A DNA stretch of 64,000 nucleotides, taken from assembly GCA_039815185.1 (NCBI GenBank), contig JBCBZT010000019.1:1-64000 (forward strand), read 5' to 3'. A program made the translations under genes and the position numbers. Origin of the DNA: Cyanobacteria bacterium P01_A01_bin.123. Its GTDB lineage: Bacteria > Cyanobacteriota > Cyanobacteriia > Phormidesmidales > Phormidesmidaceae. Positions within the stretch are counted from its first letter, which is position 1. The number at the start of each line of letters is the position of its first letter. A model generated the notes under the pieces. That model saw nothing but the letters and a program-made list of their open reading frames with translations. It ran no database searches and was not told the DNA's origin. Below, piece after piece: positions 1 through 10,477 of this stretch.

Positions 1-508
1 CGAGCTGCTCAACCTATCCCCCTTGCTGGGCAACCAAGCGACCGAAGCCCAAATCAAACAGCAAATGCCCACTGCTCCACTGATTCACTTAGCAACCCAT
101 GGTTTACTCAGCTACCGCGACTCCCCCTTTGAGGTTCCGGGTGCGGTAGTCCTTACCCCTGGCAATGGGGAAGACGGGTTACTCACTGCGGGTGAAATCC
201 TCGATATGGATTTGCAAGCCCAGCTTGCCATCCTCAGCGCTTGCGATACGGGACGGGGCAGAATTACGGGAGATGGCGTCGTGGGCCTATCGCGTTCATT
301 GATTACTGCTGGCGTGCCCAGTGTCGTCGTTTCACTTTGGGCGGTGCCGGATGCCCCCACGGCTGAACTGATGACGGCATTCTATGAACAGCTCAACCAG
401 GGCCAAACCAAGGCCCAAGCCCTGCGACAAGCGATGTTGACCACGATGGAAAGCCACTCAGACCCCAGAGCCTGGGCAGCATTTACGCTGACTGGAGTCG
501 CAGATTAA
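1..508 (+). CDS. CHAT domain-containing protein, C-terminal part (runs off window start)
   Basis: HLATHG, LSACDTG and SLWAVPD motifs plus terminal WAAFTLTG, typical of CHAT (caspase-like) domains. Confidence 0.93.
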   Translation, partial: ELLNLSPLLGNQATEAQIKQQMPTAPLIHLATHGLLSYRDSPFEVPGAVVLTPGNGEDGLLTAGEILDMDLQAQLAILSACDTGRGRITGDGVVGLSRSLITAGVPSVVVSLWAVPDAPTAELMTAFYEQLNQGQTKAQALRQAMLTTMESHSDPRAWAAFTLTGVAD

Positions 509-519
509 AGCAGATTCTC

Positions 520-954
520 TCAGGCCAATAGCCACTTTTTCATCTTGATGTGATCAATCCCCACTTCCTGGTAAACCTCACCTACAACCTGAAAACCAAG
601 CTTTTGATAAAACGCGATCGCATGGCATTGAGCCGACAGCATCACCTGATGATGTCCTCGTTGACGCGCTACATGCATCAAACACTGCATAATTTCCCAA
701 CCCACACCCTGGCGACGAAGTTGGGGATATACAGCAATCCGACCAATCTTGCCATTGATATCTAAACGCCCTGTGCCAGCAGCTTGATCATGGCAATGGG
801 CAAGGACATGAATTGCCTGAGGATCAATCCCATCGATTTCTAGGGTCTGCGGCACATTTTGTTCAACCACAAAAACATCATGGCGAATTTTGTGAATGAT
901 ATGTCTCTGGACAGTGTAATCAGCCACTTCTGCCCGAATCTTTGTCATCAACAT
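520..954 (-). CDS. GNAT family N-acetyltransferase (ElaA/YjcF-like)
   Basis: IRHDVFVVEQNVP, IGRIAV..RRQGVG, LSAQ..AIAFYQKLGF, GIDHIKM; start placed at ATG 954 (or 948). Confidence 0.9.
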   Translation of the reverse strand: MLMTKIRAEVADYTVQRHIIHKIRHDVFVVEQNVPQTLEIDGIDPQAIHVLAHCHDQAAGTGRLDINGKIGRIAVYPQLRRQGVGWEIMQCLMHVARQRGHHQVMLSAQCHAIAFYQKLGFQVVGEVYQEVGIDHIKMKKWLLA

Positions 955-1264
955 TGGTAGATTCCCTAACTGATCAATACAGCGATTTGACCTGACAATG
1001 GCCACAAGACCTTGTGAGGTTACAAGCCACACAGCCTGTCTAGTAAAGCGGTTCAGCAATACTAGGTGCTTAAAGCCAAGCTATTTTTTGATATTGAATG
1101 TCCCTGGCACAATGAGTTTACATGAAGAAGGGCTAATTCCAGATAGGGTTGATGAACACCCTTAGGCGATCGCGTGCTAGTCCACTATCCGATCAAAAGC
1201 CCTAGCTGCGTAGTTCCAGGTTCGATCCCACGCAACTGAGTATCGACTCAGAGGGTCTATACTA

Positions 1265-2578
1265 TCATCCAACTCTGGCGTCGTGAGGTCTAGGCATAAC
1301 GCTTCGCTCGCGGGTCAACATCATTTCCCGATGACGAATGGTGGTGATCGCCACTTCCCAGGGGAATGTGAAAGACTGGAAAGACTCTGGGGAGATCCGA
1401 TCAATATCTAAATCAGCCACCACTTCCCGCAAAATCTTAAACAGTTGCTGACGAATCTCCATCAGTTCCGTCAGACTTTTAGCGTCTTGAACTTGGTCAA
1501 TCAAGGCCAAAATTTCTAAGTTGTACATGTCGGCGCGGTTTTTTTGCTTGCCTACCAACCACAGCCGAAATTGCCACAGCCCTGACATCAGTAAAATGCT
1601 GACCGAAAGCCCTAGACCAATGGTTTCAGCATATTCCACCCAAAAGCCTGGTTGATCTTGCTGATAGTAGGCTTGAGCCCCTTCATGGACAGGCATACCC
1701 AAATTTTGAGCCGATTCAGGCAAACGAATGATGGCTGCCCCTGTGTATTCGGTCACTAGTTCGTTGCGAAACTCGAATAAGATGCGAGTCAGCGTCCGCA
1801 CCACATCGGGATCAAGATTTTCATTGGCCACCAGCAGCGCATTGACGGCTACCACAGGCAGATCTTCAGCGGGCATTGGTAAGCCCCCGTCATAGGCTCC
1901 TTTGGGAATAACCGTTGATTCTAGAAAAGGCAAGGTGAGCTGTAGTGCATCAACTTGATCAATCGATAAAAGTTTTATATCGCCAGACTGCAACGTTTCC
2001 GCAACGGTGCTGTTGCCCAAGGCAATGACTCGAAACAGTCCATCGACCTGCCGGGATTGCAGAGCCTCAATCGCTTCTTGGGGGGGCAACGGCACTGCCT
2101 CAAAGTCCTGTTCGCTCAGACCATAATGCTCGATCAAAGGCCAAAACAAGGCGTAGGAACCGCTCCCCTCTGGCATAATTGCAATCCGTTTCCCTCGCAC
2201 ATCGGCAATGGTGTTAATATTCCCACCGTCAATCGCCATAAAGTGAAACATTTCGGGAAACAGCAGCGCGATCGCCCGTGCTTCTAACGATGCCCGTGTG
2301 TCACTTTGCACTAGGGCTAAATCGACCAGTTCATTGCCGACCCGATCCATATTTTGCTGAGACCCATCAGTCTCTAGCACTTTGATCTGAATCTTAGGTT
2401 CATGGTTGGCCACCACCTTGGCAAAGGCTTGACCAAACGCGTAGTACTGACCACTAGCACCACCTGTCGCCAGAGTCAGGGTATAGACTTGATTTCGCTC
2501 TCGCACGGTGAGCACAGCAAACGCGATCGCCCCAGCCACACTCAACGCAATTACAGGTAACGTAAAACGACTTTGCAT
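1265..2578 (-). CDS. TAXI family TRAP solute-binding protein with C-terminal TM helix and cytoplasmic tail
   Basis: LATGGASGQYY, TDGSQQN, ALVQSD, PEGSGS, PVHEGAQAYY; start moved to MQSRFT to avoid overlap with the Uma2 gene. Confidence 0.88.
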   Translation of the reverse strand: MQSRFTLPVIALSVAGAIAFAVLTVRERNQVYTLTLATGGASGQYYAFGQAFAKVVANHEPKIQIKVLETDGSQQNMDRVGNELVDLALVQSDTRASLEARAIALLFPEMFHFMAIDGGNINTIADVRGKRIAIMPEGSGSYALFWPLIEHYGLSEQDFEAVPLPPQEAIEALQSRQVDGLFRVIALGNSTVAETLQSGDIKLLSIDQVDALQLTLPFLESTVIPKGAYDGGLPMPAEDLPVVAVNALLVANENLDPDVVRTLTRILFEFRNELVTEYTGAAIIRLPESAQNLGMPVHEGAQAYYQQDQPGFWVEYAETIGLGLSVSILLMSGLWQFRLWLVGKQKNRADMYNLEILALIDQVQDAKSLTELMEIRQQLFKILREVVADLDIDRISPESFQSFTFPWEVAITTIRHREMMLTRERSVMPRPHDARVG

Positions 2579-2591
2579 AAGCTGGCATGGA

Positions 2592-3539
2592 TCACAACTG
2601 TTGTCGCTGTTCAGCAGATAAGTCCAAAATCTCGACGACTTGTTCAACTGTCATCCCAGTTGCCAGTAGATTCTTAGCTGCCTGTATAACTTGGGCTTGA
2701 GCTTGCTCTTTGGCTTGTCGTTCCTGCTCTTTGGCCTGCCGCTCCTGCTCTTTGGCCTGCTGTTCTCGCTCTGTATCAGTGGGCAACCAAAGTCCATCTT
2801 GATCACACCAGCGGAGCCAGCGGCTCTGCACGCCATCAAAATAACCGTCCCAGATCCCTAAACCAACCTGTAAATCAGCCAGCCATAAACTGGGACTATC
2901 AGCAGCCACGGGCTGTTCTTCGTAGCGTCTACCCACGAGCTGAAAGTACCTTAAGTGACGGGTTTTGCGGTTGTAAACCAAATAGTGAGGAACACGTAGG
3001 TACGCTTCGTAAACTGTAAATTTGGGGGGTGGGCCTTCTGAGGATTGAGCATTAGGCAGTTCCCCATTTCCCGCTTCCTGATTGCCATTAACGTTTGGCA
3101 CTCCTGTCGCAGGATCAGCCGTATAAAAGCGTCCGAGGTCTTCCTGCTCTGTCCCTGGCGATAAGAATTCAATCACCACATCAGGGCTATGCCCTTCCTG
3201 CCAGGTGACATAGCTGCGGCGCATGTCATGGCCATCATAAAGCCGTGGCACGCCCACTGATAGAAACCAGTCAGGCCGCTTATACCAGAGGGGATGGTGG
3301 ACATCATAGTAAAGGTTCAGGTCTGACCCGGCAAACCATTCGTCGCGGGTATAGTCAGCCAGGGCTAGCGTACGACTCAGCAGTTGGGGCTGTAAATCAT
3401 GGTATTCGTCGGGCAATCCAGACTCTCCGATGGACTCGCTGGGTAAATCGTACATGGTCGGCAGGGTCTCGCGCGGGGAGCGAGGCGGTACGGTTTGAGG
3501 TACAGCGTGGCCAGTCGTGAAAGGCATGGGCTTGACCAA
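2592..3539 (-). CDS. Uma2 family endonuclease (DUF820)
   Basis: LPTMYDLPSE, RPDWF, PDVVIEFLSPGT, WLRW, EQERQAK repeats. Confidence 0.92.
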   Translation of the reverse strand: MVKPMPFTTGHAVPQTVPPRSPRETLPTMYDLPSESIGESGLPDEYHDLQPQLLSRTLALADYTRDEWFAGSDLNLYYDVHHPLWYKRPDWFLSVGVPRLYDGHDMRRSYVTWQEGHSPDVVIEFLSPGTEQEDLGRFYTADPATGVPNVNGNQEAGNGELPNAQSSEGPPPKFTVYEAYLRVPHYLVYNRKTRHLRYFQLVGRRYEEQPVAADSPSLWLADLQVGLGIWDGYFDGVQSRWLRWCDQDGLWLPTDTEREQQAKEQERQAKEQERQAKEQAQAQVIQAAKNLLATGMTVEQVVEILDLSAEQRQQL

Positions 3540-3607
3540 TGGATCACTCCATTATCGTAAAGCGTAAGGCGCGCGAGCGTTAGGGATGAACTTAATTTGA
3601 TTGGAGC

Positions 3608-4198
3608 TTACGGGGTGGTGGGGTTAGGGAAAACATCGTTGCCTGATTTGAGGCGGAAGCGATCGCGCACTGCCTCTAAATCCAAATGCCAGAGCAATTC
3701 TGGTTGCCAAGTATCTGGATCTAACGTGCTTTGTCGGCCCCGCAGATAGGCATACCAAAGCCGGGGCCATACCGTTTTTGAGAATTCAGTTCGCCATGAC
3801 CCAGGGCTGGCTGGCTGCTCTATTTGACGTTGCCGATACTGCCGGAGGACCCCCCGCAATAATCCCAACGTCAACAAGACATGGGCTAGGCGAAATTTAG
3901 CCCCGATTAAAAAGGCCTGCACTTCTGTTTCTCCCAATGGATCAGTACCATAGCCTGTCAACACATGGATACCATCGTGGAGTTGCTGCCGTCGGAGCCC
4001 TTCAGTGAGTGGCTTTAAGCCGTGAGCATCAAGGTTATCTGCCCAAGCGCGGCCAAAGCTGCCAGTCGGCAGCGATCGCAGATAGTCAACATCCACAATC
4101 GGCGGCACACTCAGGCCAAACCAGCGGGTTAGGGTACTGATTGTATTGAGAAATCGTTGGGCGGCGGTGGGGGTGAGGGATGGGATGGTGGGGTGCAT
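3608..4198 (-). CDS. Coq4 family protein
   Basis: LRSLPTGSFGRA and HDGIHVLTGYGTDPLGETEVQAF (HDxxH...E metal motif); start at MHPTIP. Confidence 0.8.
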   Translation of the reverse strand: MHPTIPSLTPTAAQRFLNTISTLTRWFGLSVPPIVDVDYLRSLPTGSFGRAWADNLDAHGLKPLTEGLRRQQLHDGIHVLTGYGTDPLGETEVQAFLIGAKFRLAHVLLTLGLLRGVLRQYRQRQIEQPASPGSWRTEFSKTVWPRLWYAYLRGRQSTLDPDTWQPELLWHLDLEAVRDRFRLKSGNDVFPNPTTP

Positions 4199-4410
4199 GG
4201 CGGTGATGGGTGATGGGTGATGGGGTGATAGGGAAGATGGGGTGACGGGGTGTAGACGCGACAGTGGCTTCACGGAGGGTAGAGATGATGGAGAGATCGG
4301 GAAATGGGTTTAGAAGTGATTAGGGGATCGGGTTAGGAGCGTTGGCGAATTCCTCCCTACCTCCCTACCTCCCCCATCTTCCCCACTCCCTCACCCCCAC
4401 TCCCCGTCTC
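4160..4410. repeat. Low-complexity GGGTGAT/CCCCACT-type short tandem repeats (STRR-like) in intergenic/5' region
   Basis: Runs such as ggtgatgggtgatgggtgatgggg followed by ctccctacctccctacctcccc. Confidence 0.55.
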
Positions 4411-4420
4411 GCTATCTCGT

Positions 4421-5200
4421 CTAACTCCGCTGCAAACGCTGACCGCGATCGCCCCGTGGCCCACCTTCAGGACGCATTTGCTCAAGCTGCTGCCGTTGTT
4501 CGTCGGTCAAGACTTCGGCAGCTTCCGCACGGGAGTTTTCCATGATGGTGCGAATTTGTTGCCGTTGCTCGTCGGTCAGGTTAGCAGCCTGCATCGCTTC
4601 GCGGATGTTACCGTCATCAGACTGCAGGGCCGCTTCGACTTGTTGCCGTTGGTCATCAGTTAAGACGGCTTCGACTTGGCTGCGGGCATCGCTGCGGATG
4701 GTCTCCAATTGCGCCTGCTGATCTTCTGTAAGGTCAAGTTGTTCAAAGGCTTCTCTTCCAGGGCCACCTTGTCGGCCATTGGCATGGCGTTCTTGACGCG
4801 TTTCCTCAAGCTGTTGCTGTTGTTCTGGGGTTAAAACAGCCTGGAAAGATTCGCGGGAATCTTCATGGATGGCGCGTAGCTGTTCACGCTGCTCATCACT
4901 TAACTCCAGCGATCGCATGGCATCCCTCAATCCCCCTTGTCCTTCTTCAGCAGCGGCAGCAAGTTGCTGTCTTTGGGCATCGGTCAGAATGCTTGCTGCT
5001 TGGGTGCGGGCGTCTTCGCGGATGGTTTGAATTTCGGCCTGTTGGGCTTCGCTCAGGTTGAGGGCAGCAAGGGGACCTTCACCGCGCTGGGCTTCAGCGG
5101 CTGAGCTTGAAACTTTGAGGGCGACAGGGGTCACCAATAAAGCAGCGGCAGCGACTGTGCCCATTAGAAAACGTTTGCGGTTCAAAAGATTGAATTTCAT
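4421..5200 (-). CDS. Spy/CpxP family periplasmic chaperone with multiple LTxxQ repeats
   Basis: Signal peptide, then repeated LNLSEAQQ / ILTDAQRQQL / VLTPEQQQQL motifs. Confidence 0.9.
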   Translation of the reverse strand: MKFNLLNRKRFLMGTVAAAALLVTPVALKVSSSAAEAQRGEGPLAALNLSEAQQAEIQTIREDARTQAASILTDAQRQQLAAAAEEGQGGLRDAMRSLELSDEQREQLRAIHEDSRESFQAVLTPEQQQQLEETRQERHANGRQGGPGREAFEQLDLTEDQQAQLETIRSDARSQVEAVLTDDQRQQVEAALQSDDGNIREAMQAANLTDEQRQQIRTIMENSRAEAAEVLTDEQRQQLEQMRPEGGPRGDRGQRLQRS

Positions 5201-5273
5201 GGAATTGCTCCTAGAAGAGTGAGTGTTTTATGTTCAACACCCCTATCCTATGAATTGCCCTGCTGGTATGCCC

Positions 5274-5312
5274 TGCAGCAAACGTCATGTCGAACCCATG
5301 ACTTTAGTCACG
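5274..5312. promoter_or_regulatory. Candidate NarL/LuxR-type response-regulator operator
   Basis: Near-perfect palindrome CATGAC-TTTA-GTCACG (5297-5312) plus a GTCATG half-site upstream, between the divergent Spy/CpxP and HK-RR genes. Confidence 0.5.
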
Positions 5313-5493
5313 CTGTCAGAATGACTCAATTGGGGTAACCCTAGATCAGGGAATGTATAGCAGTTGCCACCATGCTTTGCGTGACTGCGAGCCAAATTGC
5401 CTATGGACAACAAAGTATTCCAGCGATACTCGGTGCATTAAGCAATTTAGCTAAAGCGATATCACCCCCAAGCCACTGCCCCCCATCCCCGCC

Positions 5494-6720
5494 ATGTCTC
5501 GTCCAATCACCTACCAAAATCATCCGTTTCCCTTTCTGCTGTATTTGGAATGGGCCCTATTGGCAATGGCAGTGCTCAATCAACTCGCGCCTGCGCCAAT
5601 TCCCCATCGGATGCACTTTCCATTGTTAGGGCCATTGAGCATTTTGGGTTATGGGGCATTGGGGTTGTATTTGCCTAGGGGTTCACTGATTCAACGTATT
5701 GGCCATGTCACCCTACAACTGGTGTTGATTACGGCGGCATCGGGGTTTGGCTTTGGTGGGCTGCGGCTGTTTCCGTTTCTCTACCTCTATTTAATCCTAG
5801 TGATTCGCAGTTGCTTTCTGTTTTCCATGCCGGGGCGACTGGCGGTGACGGGTTTAGCCTTCATGCTGTCTTTCGGCAGTTTTCAACTCCGAATCCAAGA
5901 TATTGGGGCACGAGTACCCCCACCGATCAGACGGGTACTGGGGAGTTTCCACATTAACTTCTTGATTTTGTTTTTTCTGTCCCTGGCCTTTGTGTTGCTA
6001 TTGGTCAACGCGCTATTGTCAGAGCGGGCCAGTCAAGATAAACTGCGTCGGGCCAATCAACAACTACGCGCGTCTGCTGCCCAAATTGAACAACTTGCCA
6101 TGGCCCAGGAGCGCAGCCGCATTGCCCGTGATATCCACGACTCAGTCGGTCATTCACTCACCGCACTCAATATTCAGCTTGAAGGGGCAATCAAGCTCTG
6201 GAAAAACGACCCAGAAAAAGCACGTCAGTTTTTAGCCGAGGCCAAAACCTTAGGCTCTACAGCTTTGCAAGATGTGCGGCAGTCTGTCGCAACTTTGCGG
6301 CAAAATCCCATTGCTGGAAAACGCTTGGAGGAAGCGATTGCGTCCCTAGCAGAGCAAGTTCAGCACAGTATTGGTGTACGATCCGAGATTAATATTTTGC
6401 TACCCAGTACCCTGAGCGATGCCCTAAAAACCACCCTCTATCGGATTGTTCAAGAAGCCCTGACCAACATCACTAAACACGCTGAGGCCAGTGAGATTCA
6501 CATCTCTATGCAGACCCAATCCAACCATATTCGCCTCGACATTGAAGACAATGGCCGGGGCTTTCAACCGGGACAAACCACCAGCGGGTTTGGTTTACAA
6601 GGCATGCGAGAACGGGCTCAGGCAGCAGGCGGGCGATTCTATCTCGACAGCAGTCTTGGCAGTGGTTGTCACATTCGGGTAGAGGTACCGTTGAATGCCA
6701 ATGAACGCTCAGATGCGTAA
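5494..6720 (+). CDS. Membrane sensor histidine kinase (HisKA_3 + HATPase)
   Basis: Several TM helices, ERSRIARDIHDSVGHSLT, QEALTNITKHA, DNGRGF, GFGLQGMRERA. Confidence 0.95.
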   Translation: MSRPITYQNHPFPFLLYLEWALLAMAVLNQLAPAPIPHRMHFPLLGPLSILGYGALGLYLPRGSLIQRIGHVTLQLVLITAASGFGFGGLRLFPFLYLYLILVIRSCFLFSMPGRLAVTGLAFMLSFGSFQLRIQDIGARVPPPIRRVLGSFHINFLILFFLSLAFVLLLVNALLSERASQDKLRRANQQLRASAAQIEQLAMAQERSRIARDIHDSVGHSLTALNIQLEGAIKLWKNDPEKARQFLAEAKTLGSTALQDVRQSVATLRQNPIAGKRLEEAIASLAEQVQHSIGVRSEINILLPSTLSDALKTTLYRIVQEALTNITKHAEASEIHISMQTQSNHIRLDIEDNGRGFQPGQTTSGFGLQGMRERAQAAGGRFYLDSSLGSGCHIRVEVPLNANERSDA

Positions 6721-6755
6721 CCCACCGCCCAGTTATGAAAAGTTGGAGCAGACCC

Positions 6756-7457
6756 ATGACGGAACAACCTGCCAAAATTCGGATACTGCTGGTGGATGAC
6801 CAAAGCATTATTCGCCAGGGACTCCAGGCGCTGCTGGAGCTGGAAGCTGATATTCGAGTCGTGGGAGATGCGGAAAATGGCGAGGCGGCACTCAACGCGA
6901 TCGCGGCCCGTCAAAATACCCCAGACCAACCTGATGTGGTGTTGATGGATATTCGCATGCCGATTATGGATGGCGTAGCGGCCACCGAAGCCATTCGGCA
7001 ACGTTATGGTGACGACCTATCGGTGCTGGTGCTGACGACATTTGATGATGATGAACTGGTCACCCAGGCAGTGCAAAAGGGAGCCTCGGGGTATTTGCTC
7101 AAAGACACCCCCTCAGAAGAGCTAGCCCACGCGATTCGCAGTGTATATCGCGGTTACAGTCAATTTGGGCCAGGTATTTTACAAAAGGCGATCGCCCATT
7201 TCCCCCCCGCCCCAGATCCAAATGAACCCGACATCCCCCCCGGATTTGCAGATCTGACCCCAAGGGAGCGGGACGTCCTCAAGTTGATTGGGGCAGGGGC
7301 TAGCAATCGAGAAATTGCCAAAACCCTCTATTTGTCTGAAGGCACCGTCAAAAATCACGTCACCAGTATTTTGGGTCGTTTAAACTTACGCGATCGCACT
7401 CAGGCAGCTTTGTTTGCAGCCTCAGTGCGATCGCAGTTGGACACATTAGATCCCTAG
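6756..7457 (+). CDS. NarL/LuxR family response regulator
   Basis: REC domain (LLVDD, DVVLMDIRMP) and HTH LTPRERDVL..SNREIA..TVKNHV. Confidence 0.95.
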   Translation: MTEQPAKIRILLVDDQSIIRQGLQALLELEADIRVVGDAENGEAALNAIAARQNTPDQPDVVLMDIRMPIMDGVAATEAIRQRYGDDLSVLVLTTFDDDELVTQAVQKGASGYLLKDTPSEELAHAIRSVYRGYSQFGPGILQKAIAHFPPAPDPNEPDIPPGFADLTPRERDVLKLIGAGASNREIAKTLYLSEGTVKNHVTSILGRLNLRDRTQAALFAASVRSQLDTLDP

Positions 7458-7510
7458 GTAAGTCTTGACAAAAGCGTGACTTTCAAGCTGCCCAGGAACG
7501 GAAAATCGCC

Positions 7511-7687
7511 TTAGCGGTAACGCTTCTTACGACGAGCCACAGCTTTGCGCTTGCGCTTCTCTTGGGGCGTCTCAAAGTGACGCCGCCGCTTTACCTCAGA
7601 GAAGATGCCCGCCTTAGAAACCTGCCGCTTAAAGCGGCGCAGCGCAGATTCAATGCCTTCGTTTTCTCCAACTACAACTTGGGTCAT
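7511..7687 (-). CDS. rpsU: 30S ribosomal protein S21 (58 aa, absent from ORF track)
   Basis: Manual translation: [58 protein letters not shown]. Confidence 0.97.
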   Translation of the reverse strand: MTQVVVGENEGIESALRRFKRQVSKAGIFSEVKRRRHFETPQEKRKRKAVARRKKRYR

Positions 7688-7904
7688 GGAACGTTTGCTT
7701 TTTGTACCTATGCAACAATTAACAGCAAAATCACTAAATTAAGATTTCAAAACCCCGCCAGTCAGGAAAACGAAACACCTCCCCCTCCCGTGGCCCCAAA
7801 CTTTTTCAGCAGTAAACTTCGGGCATATTTGCCCGCTGCATACAACAGGTTAGCATAATCCTCTTGCTACTTATGGAGAAATTAATGACGGGAAAATTGA
7901 ATCT

Positions 7905-9038
7905 TTAGAAAAACATCCATTCAAAAAAGACCCCAACCCGACTGTCTTTTTGCTGCCGAGAATTTTGCCATTGAATCTCTGTTGAAATGCGTAGATTTTG
8001 AGTCAGGGCATAGCCTGCGCCCAAGCTGGTGATCCCCACCTCATCTTCGCTAAAAAGAGAAACCCAGCTTTGCGTTAGCGACACATCAGCAGCCCCAGTG
8101 CGCGACAGCACAGCCTGTAATCTTAGCCCGACATTGATCCCGCCTGTGTCATAGCCAGCGGTCTCAATATATCGATACCCCAGCAATGGCGCGACATTGA
8201 AGTACCCCCCCAGGGGCAACACATAGTAGCGGGCATCCACGCCATAGGATTCGCGATCGCCATTGTTGCTTTGCCCATAGTCGCCGCTGAGGGTAAAACC
8301 GCTAGCGCCAATAAACACATCTTCTACCCCGATTTGATACCCACCCACAGAGCCACTAGAAGGGAAGTTGGCATACCCAACCCGAATTCGTGTACGAAAG
8401 CTGGGATCATTACGAATGTCTTCTAGGACGTTGGGGGTGCCCTCCAGCCACCGCTGTAACGTAGGACTTTGCTCGATCAAAGCGGGATCGATATCGACTT
8501 CATCCACGGCATTTTCGGCCAAAGTTGATGTTACCGGGGTTGTTTCGCTTAAGGCTTGAGAGGCGGTATGGACAAGGGGAGTAGTAAGTGCCGCGTGTTC
8601 CCCAATTGCTTCTCCAGCCTCTGACGGGGATGCTGACGCTTGAGGGGTAAGGAGGGCGATCGCCCCGTATTCCGCTTCTACGGCTTCATTGAGATGAGGT
8701 GCCGGGGGAACAACCGCTTCACCCAGGTTATCTTCGACCAATCCCTCTCCCTCTGGCTCGGGTAACATCGCCTTCACCTGAGCTAACGATAAGGATTTAC
8801 CGCCATCAAACGAGACTTCCTGGGCCCAAACGGGTACCGACCCGATGCCTTGACTCAGTGCGATCGCCAACAGCATACCAACGCCCAGAGGCATCGGGTG
8901 TCTCCCTCGCCAAGCATTTGATGACAGCTGACGACAACGGCCTAATTGCGGTTGAACTAATGATGACTGAGCATCCAACGGGTCAACGCTTGGCGAGCTT
9001 ATCTGCACAGTCTCTTCCACTATTACCGGGAAAATCAT
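7905..9038 (-). CDS. Hypothetical exported protein, C-terminal outer-membrane beta-barrel-like domain
   Basis: Signal-like segment, acidic linker, alternating beta-strand pattern, terminal aromatic FEWMFF; start uncertain. Confidence 0.7.
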   Translation of the reverse strand: MIFPVIVEETVQISSPSVDPLDAQSSLVQPQLGRCRQLSSNAWRGRHPMPLGVGMLLAIALSQGIGSVPVWAQEVSFDGGKSLSLAQVKAMLPEPEGEGLVEDNLGEAVVPPAPHLNEAVEAEYGAIALLTPQASASPSEAGEAIGEHAALTTPLVHTASQALSETTPVTSTLAENAVDEVDIDPALIEQSPTLQRWLEGTPNVLEDIRNDPSFRTRIRVGYANFPSSGSVGGYQIGVEDVFIGASGFTLSGDYGQSNNGDRESYGVDARYYVLPLGGYFNVAPLLGYRYIETAGYDTGGINVGLRLQAVLSRTGAADVSLTQSWVSLFSEDEVGITSLGAGYALTQNLRISTEIQWQNSRQQKDSRVGVFFEWMFF

Positions 9039-9157
9039 ACCTGCTTTGTGAACCTAGACGGCTAAGGCTAACATTTTTCTGCGGCCTCACTTAAATCTCA
9101 CATTCCGCACGTCCAACTGTCACATGGTTCCAACTGATGATGCTTTTGGGCAACCTG

Positions 9158-9190
9158 CAAAGAAAAACGGTTCCGCAAAGGCAGAACCGC
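9158..9190 (-). terminator. Rho-independent terminator after acsF
   Basis: Minus strand GCGGTTCTGC-CTTT-GCGGAACCGT followed by TTTTCTTT. Confidence 0.7.
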
Positions 9191-9270
9191 TGAGGGGGTG
9201 GAAAGATAATGGCATCTAGCCAAACCTATCTTTTCGTTGAATTTTTCCTTGCCGATCCGGTTCGCAAATC

Positions 9271-10350
9271 CTAGCGGATAGCTGGCCCTAGAGTCGCTGG
9301 ATCAAGGGGCTTCATAAAGTAGAGCCGTGCAAGTTCTAGGCCACTGGAGAAATAGAGCGGCAGCTTACGCAAGAACTTGATGGGTGCGGGTTGGTCAGAG
9401 GCGGCGATCGCCCCTAGCTTCTCGTTATTGCGGGTGCAGGTATCCAAACGCTCAAAGAATTCGGGATGATCCACATTCAAGATCACCGGGAACACGCGCC
9501 CTGCCGTTTCATTGGTCTTGCGGATCACGTGGATGTCGTAATCGCGCGCGTCTAGACCTAGAACCGCATAGAAATCCTTCCGCTGAATGTCGTTGAGAAA
9601 CATGGTGGCAAACACCGACAACAAGAAGAATCGACTCCATAACTTAGCCTGCCAGTCATTGAGGAACTGGGGCTGGGACTTCATGATGGCATCGAAGAAG
9701 TCGCCGTGGCGATTTTCATCTTGGCACCAGTTTTCAAAGAATCGAAAAATGGGGTAGACCCGATTTTCGGGATGGGCTTCAAGATGGCGGTAGATGGTAA
9801 TGTAGCGCCAGTACCCAATCTTTTCAGATAGGTAGGTGGCATAAAAGATAAATTTGGGCTTAAAGAAGGTGTACTTCTTGCTCTTAGTTAAAAAGCCGAG
9901 GTCAAGCTGGAGGTTGAAGTCTGACATCGCCTTATTGAGGAAACCTGCGTGGCGAGCTTCATCGCGCGACATCAGGTTAAAGCACTCGGCCAGCACCGGG
10001 CTTTTGCCCTTGAGGCGACGCCCCAATTCTTTGTACAGCAAGAATCCAGAAAACTCAGCCGTACAAGAGCGCTCTAGAAATTCCACAAACAGCCTGCGAT
10101 CTTTGCCGTCGATATGATCCCAAGACTGGTTAAACTCCTCATCCCGAACAAAATGGTGACGGTTGTAGTCAGCCCTAAATTCTTCCAAAATCGCCAGCAG
10201 CTCGTCTTCGTTGGGAGAGATGTCCATCTTCTCCATCTCATCGAAGTCTGTGGTGTAGAACCGAGGCGTGAGAATAGTGTCTTTGGCTGGCGCTTTCACC
10301 CCAGGCCGGATCTCTTCAAAGTTAGTCGGTCGTTTTAGGGAATCTACCAT
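9271..10350 (-). CDS. acsF: Mg-protoporphyrin IX monomethyl ester (oxidative) cyclase
   Basis: [39 protein letters not shown] di-iron motifs. Confidence 0.98.
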   Translation of the reverse strand: MVDSLKRPTNFEEIRPGVKAPAKDTILTPRFYTTDFDEMEKMDISPNEDELLAILEEFRADYNRHHFVRDEEFNQSWDHIDGKDRRLFVEFLERSCTAEFSGFLLYKELGRRLKGKSPVLAECFNLMSRDEARHAGFLNKAMSDFNLQLDLGFLTKSKKYTFFKPKFIFYATYLSEKIGYWRYITIYRHLEAHPENRVYPIFRFFENWCQDENRHGDFFDAIMKSQPQFLNDWQAKLWSRFFLLSVFATMFLNDIQRKDFYAVLGLDARDYDIHVIRKTNETAGRVFPVILNVDHPEFFERLDTCTRNNEKLGAIAASDQPAPIKFLRKLPLYFSSGLELARLYFMKPLDPATLGPAIR

Positions 10351-10401
10351 GAGTTATTGTCTTATCCGCTTATGATTGTGCGCCCACAGTTATCAACCTT
10401 G

Positions 10402-10477
10402 ACCACATCCAGATCCATGACTGCCTTGTAGAGGGCTGGGGCATTACGCCTACTCAAGTTTCAAAATCGGATGTGGT
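10402..10477 (-). repeat. Dispersed intergenic element, copy A
   Basis: Minus strand ACCACATCCGATTTTGAAACTTGAG...ATGGATCTGGATGTGGT. Confidence 0.8.

Noticed and set aside
7562..7858. 98-aa plus-strand ORF
   Set aside because: Antisense shadow of rpsU (7511-7687, minus strand).
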